Source: Antedon mediterranea
Lineage: Eukaryota; Animalia; Echinodermata
Assembly (NCBI RefSeq): GCF_964355755.1
Contig: NC_092680.1
Coordinates: 13,091,045 to 13,155,044, forward strand
Length of the DNA stretch: 64,000 nt
Direction of reading: 5' to 3'
The notes below the pieces were generated by a model. The model searched no databases. It saw only the letters and a list, made by a program, of their open reading frames with translations, and was not told where the DNA came from. The position numbers and the translations under genes were made by a program. Of the stretch, positions 62,649 through 64,000 are shown in pieces. Positions within the stretch are counted from its first letter, which is position 1. Each line of letters begins with the position of its first letter.

Positions 62649-63049
62649 TTAAGAATTGTTCGTAGTGTGTGCGTTATTTAGGGTCATGGTTTTGCGCTTC
62701 CTTTGGGAGGTTGGCCTACAGAGATAATTGCTATTAATGAATGTAGTTGAAGTAGAGCTCAAAGGAACTGAATAATCGATTGGAAATCAGAAAATTACAA
62801 AAGAAATAGTTTAATTATGATTTTCCGCTTTTCTGAATATTGATCTTGTTAACAACTGCGTCGATAGAACCAAGCGATGACGAAAGTCTTATAGCGTTTG
62901 ATCCCAACTCGTATTTCTCTTAATTAATCCTGTAAGCAACTTGATTGAATATGAATTAAATCGCAAATAATTCGTTTGTTTTGGACAGCTCGTTGTCTTC
63001 TTGTCAGTGCGTGCCGAATAATAATAGTGCAATTTCACAGCTGTAGTTG

Positions 63050-63595
63050 ACAATTGTCCACTGTGGGTTTAAATATACTTCTACTACGGTGCTACGCCGA
63101 TGTGTATTGGATTGAAGGCTATGGTAATTTTGTACTAATAAAAAGAAAAGACCATACTAATAATGAATACATCACACCACCTTTTTTGTCTCCTTACTAA
63201 AGCATATATTTACTACGAATATTAACAAATAATTGATATGTCCCACTGTGTGTTTAATACTACCATGTGTGTTATATTGCAGTCTATGATGATTTTGTAA
63301 TAATAGAATAAAAGACCATACTAATAATGAATACCACCCCCCCCCCCCTTTTCATTTTTTCTTATTACTAAAAGCGCGCATATTTACTACGAATATTAAA
63401 AGAATTGAAATGTCTACTGTGGGTTTAACACTACCATGTGTATTGGATTGCAGGCTATGATGATTTTTTAATAATAAAAGGAAAGACATACCAAAATAAA
63501 TCTATCCTTTATTTTTTGCTCCTTACCAAAGCATATTTTTGGCTTCTCAATAAAGTTGAATTAATGAATATTTACTACGAATATTTAAAAGAAAG
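63050..63595. repeat. Tandem triplication, ~175-185 bp unit
   Basis: Three copies of TGTC(C)CACTGTG(G/T)GTTTAA...GACCATACTAATAATGAATAC...ATTTACTACGAATATT. Confidence 0.75.
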
Positions 63596-63698
63596 GATGA
63601 ATAAAAAGATGGCATTGGGGTTTAGCACGGTTATAAATCGGTAATGATACGCCCTCATACGCCCTCATTACTACAGTACAGTTTCAATGCACTTCTAA

Positions 63699-63857
63699 AG
63701 CTCTGTCTACATTATCAAACATTTTGTGATAAACTAATGTGATGTGCCCATATATGCACATGATGATGTCATATCAGTACCATATTTGGGCATATCTGTA
63801 CCATATTTGGGCACATCACACTTTTTGTCAAACTAGTTTGATAGTGTAGACAGCGCT
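63699..63857. mobile_element. Palindromic AGCTCTGTCTACAC-family MITE (PIF/Harbinger-type TWA target)
   Basis: TAA|AGCTCTGTCTACATTATCAAAC ... AGTTTGATAGTGTAGACAGCGCT|TTA. Confidence 0.8.
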
Positions 63858-64000
63858 TTACTTAATACAGTATAACGATATTAACTACAGTGATTCATTA
63901 GATGACAAACTACAATCAATACTAATCAAGTTACTGGCTATTTCATAATTAAATAAAAACGAACAAATGAAGGAAAACAGGCTATATTTACGGTGTTAAC

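Overview
AT-rich, intron-containing animal genomic DNA, probably an invertebrate deuterostome such as an echinoderm (inferred from the ST8Sia expansion and a Deu-domain SINE; the species cannot be proven from sequence). Four spliced + strand genes were reconstructed by hand, all with consistent GT-AG phases. Three are tandem paralogous GT29 alpha-2,8-sialyltransferase (ST8Sia)-like genes at 9.0-17.1, 26.6-31.7 and 44.5-46.6 kb; the third has an early frameshift. The fourth is a complete 8-coding-exon PAPS transporter 2 gene (SLC35B3, 49.5-59.6 kb). The remainder is a dense, nested transposon landscape: two copies of a non-autonomous Helitron, a head-to-tail Helentron/DINE-like array carrying tRNA-Val-like copies, two truncated CR1/L2-group LINEs, a Gypsy fragment with LTR, a Harbinger relic, a MULE-like element, long foldback elements with 3-bp TSDs, several MITE families, SINEs and minisatellites. 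The most interesting signals are paralog-specific divergence of a PSTD-like polysialylation segment and of the NPS motif against near-identical catalytic last exons, an orphan copy of the SLC35B3 leader that marks a duplication breakpoint, and a SLC35B3 C-terminus amplified as a tandem repeat. I found no evidence for a prokaryote-type novel system; most short ORFs in the track are spurious.
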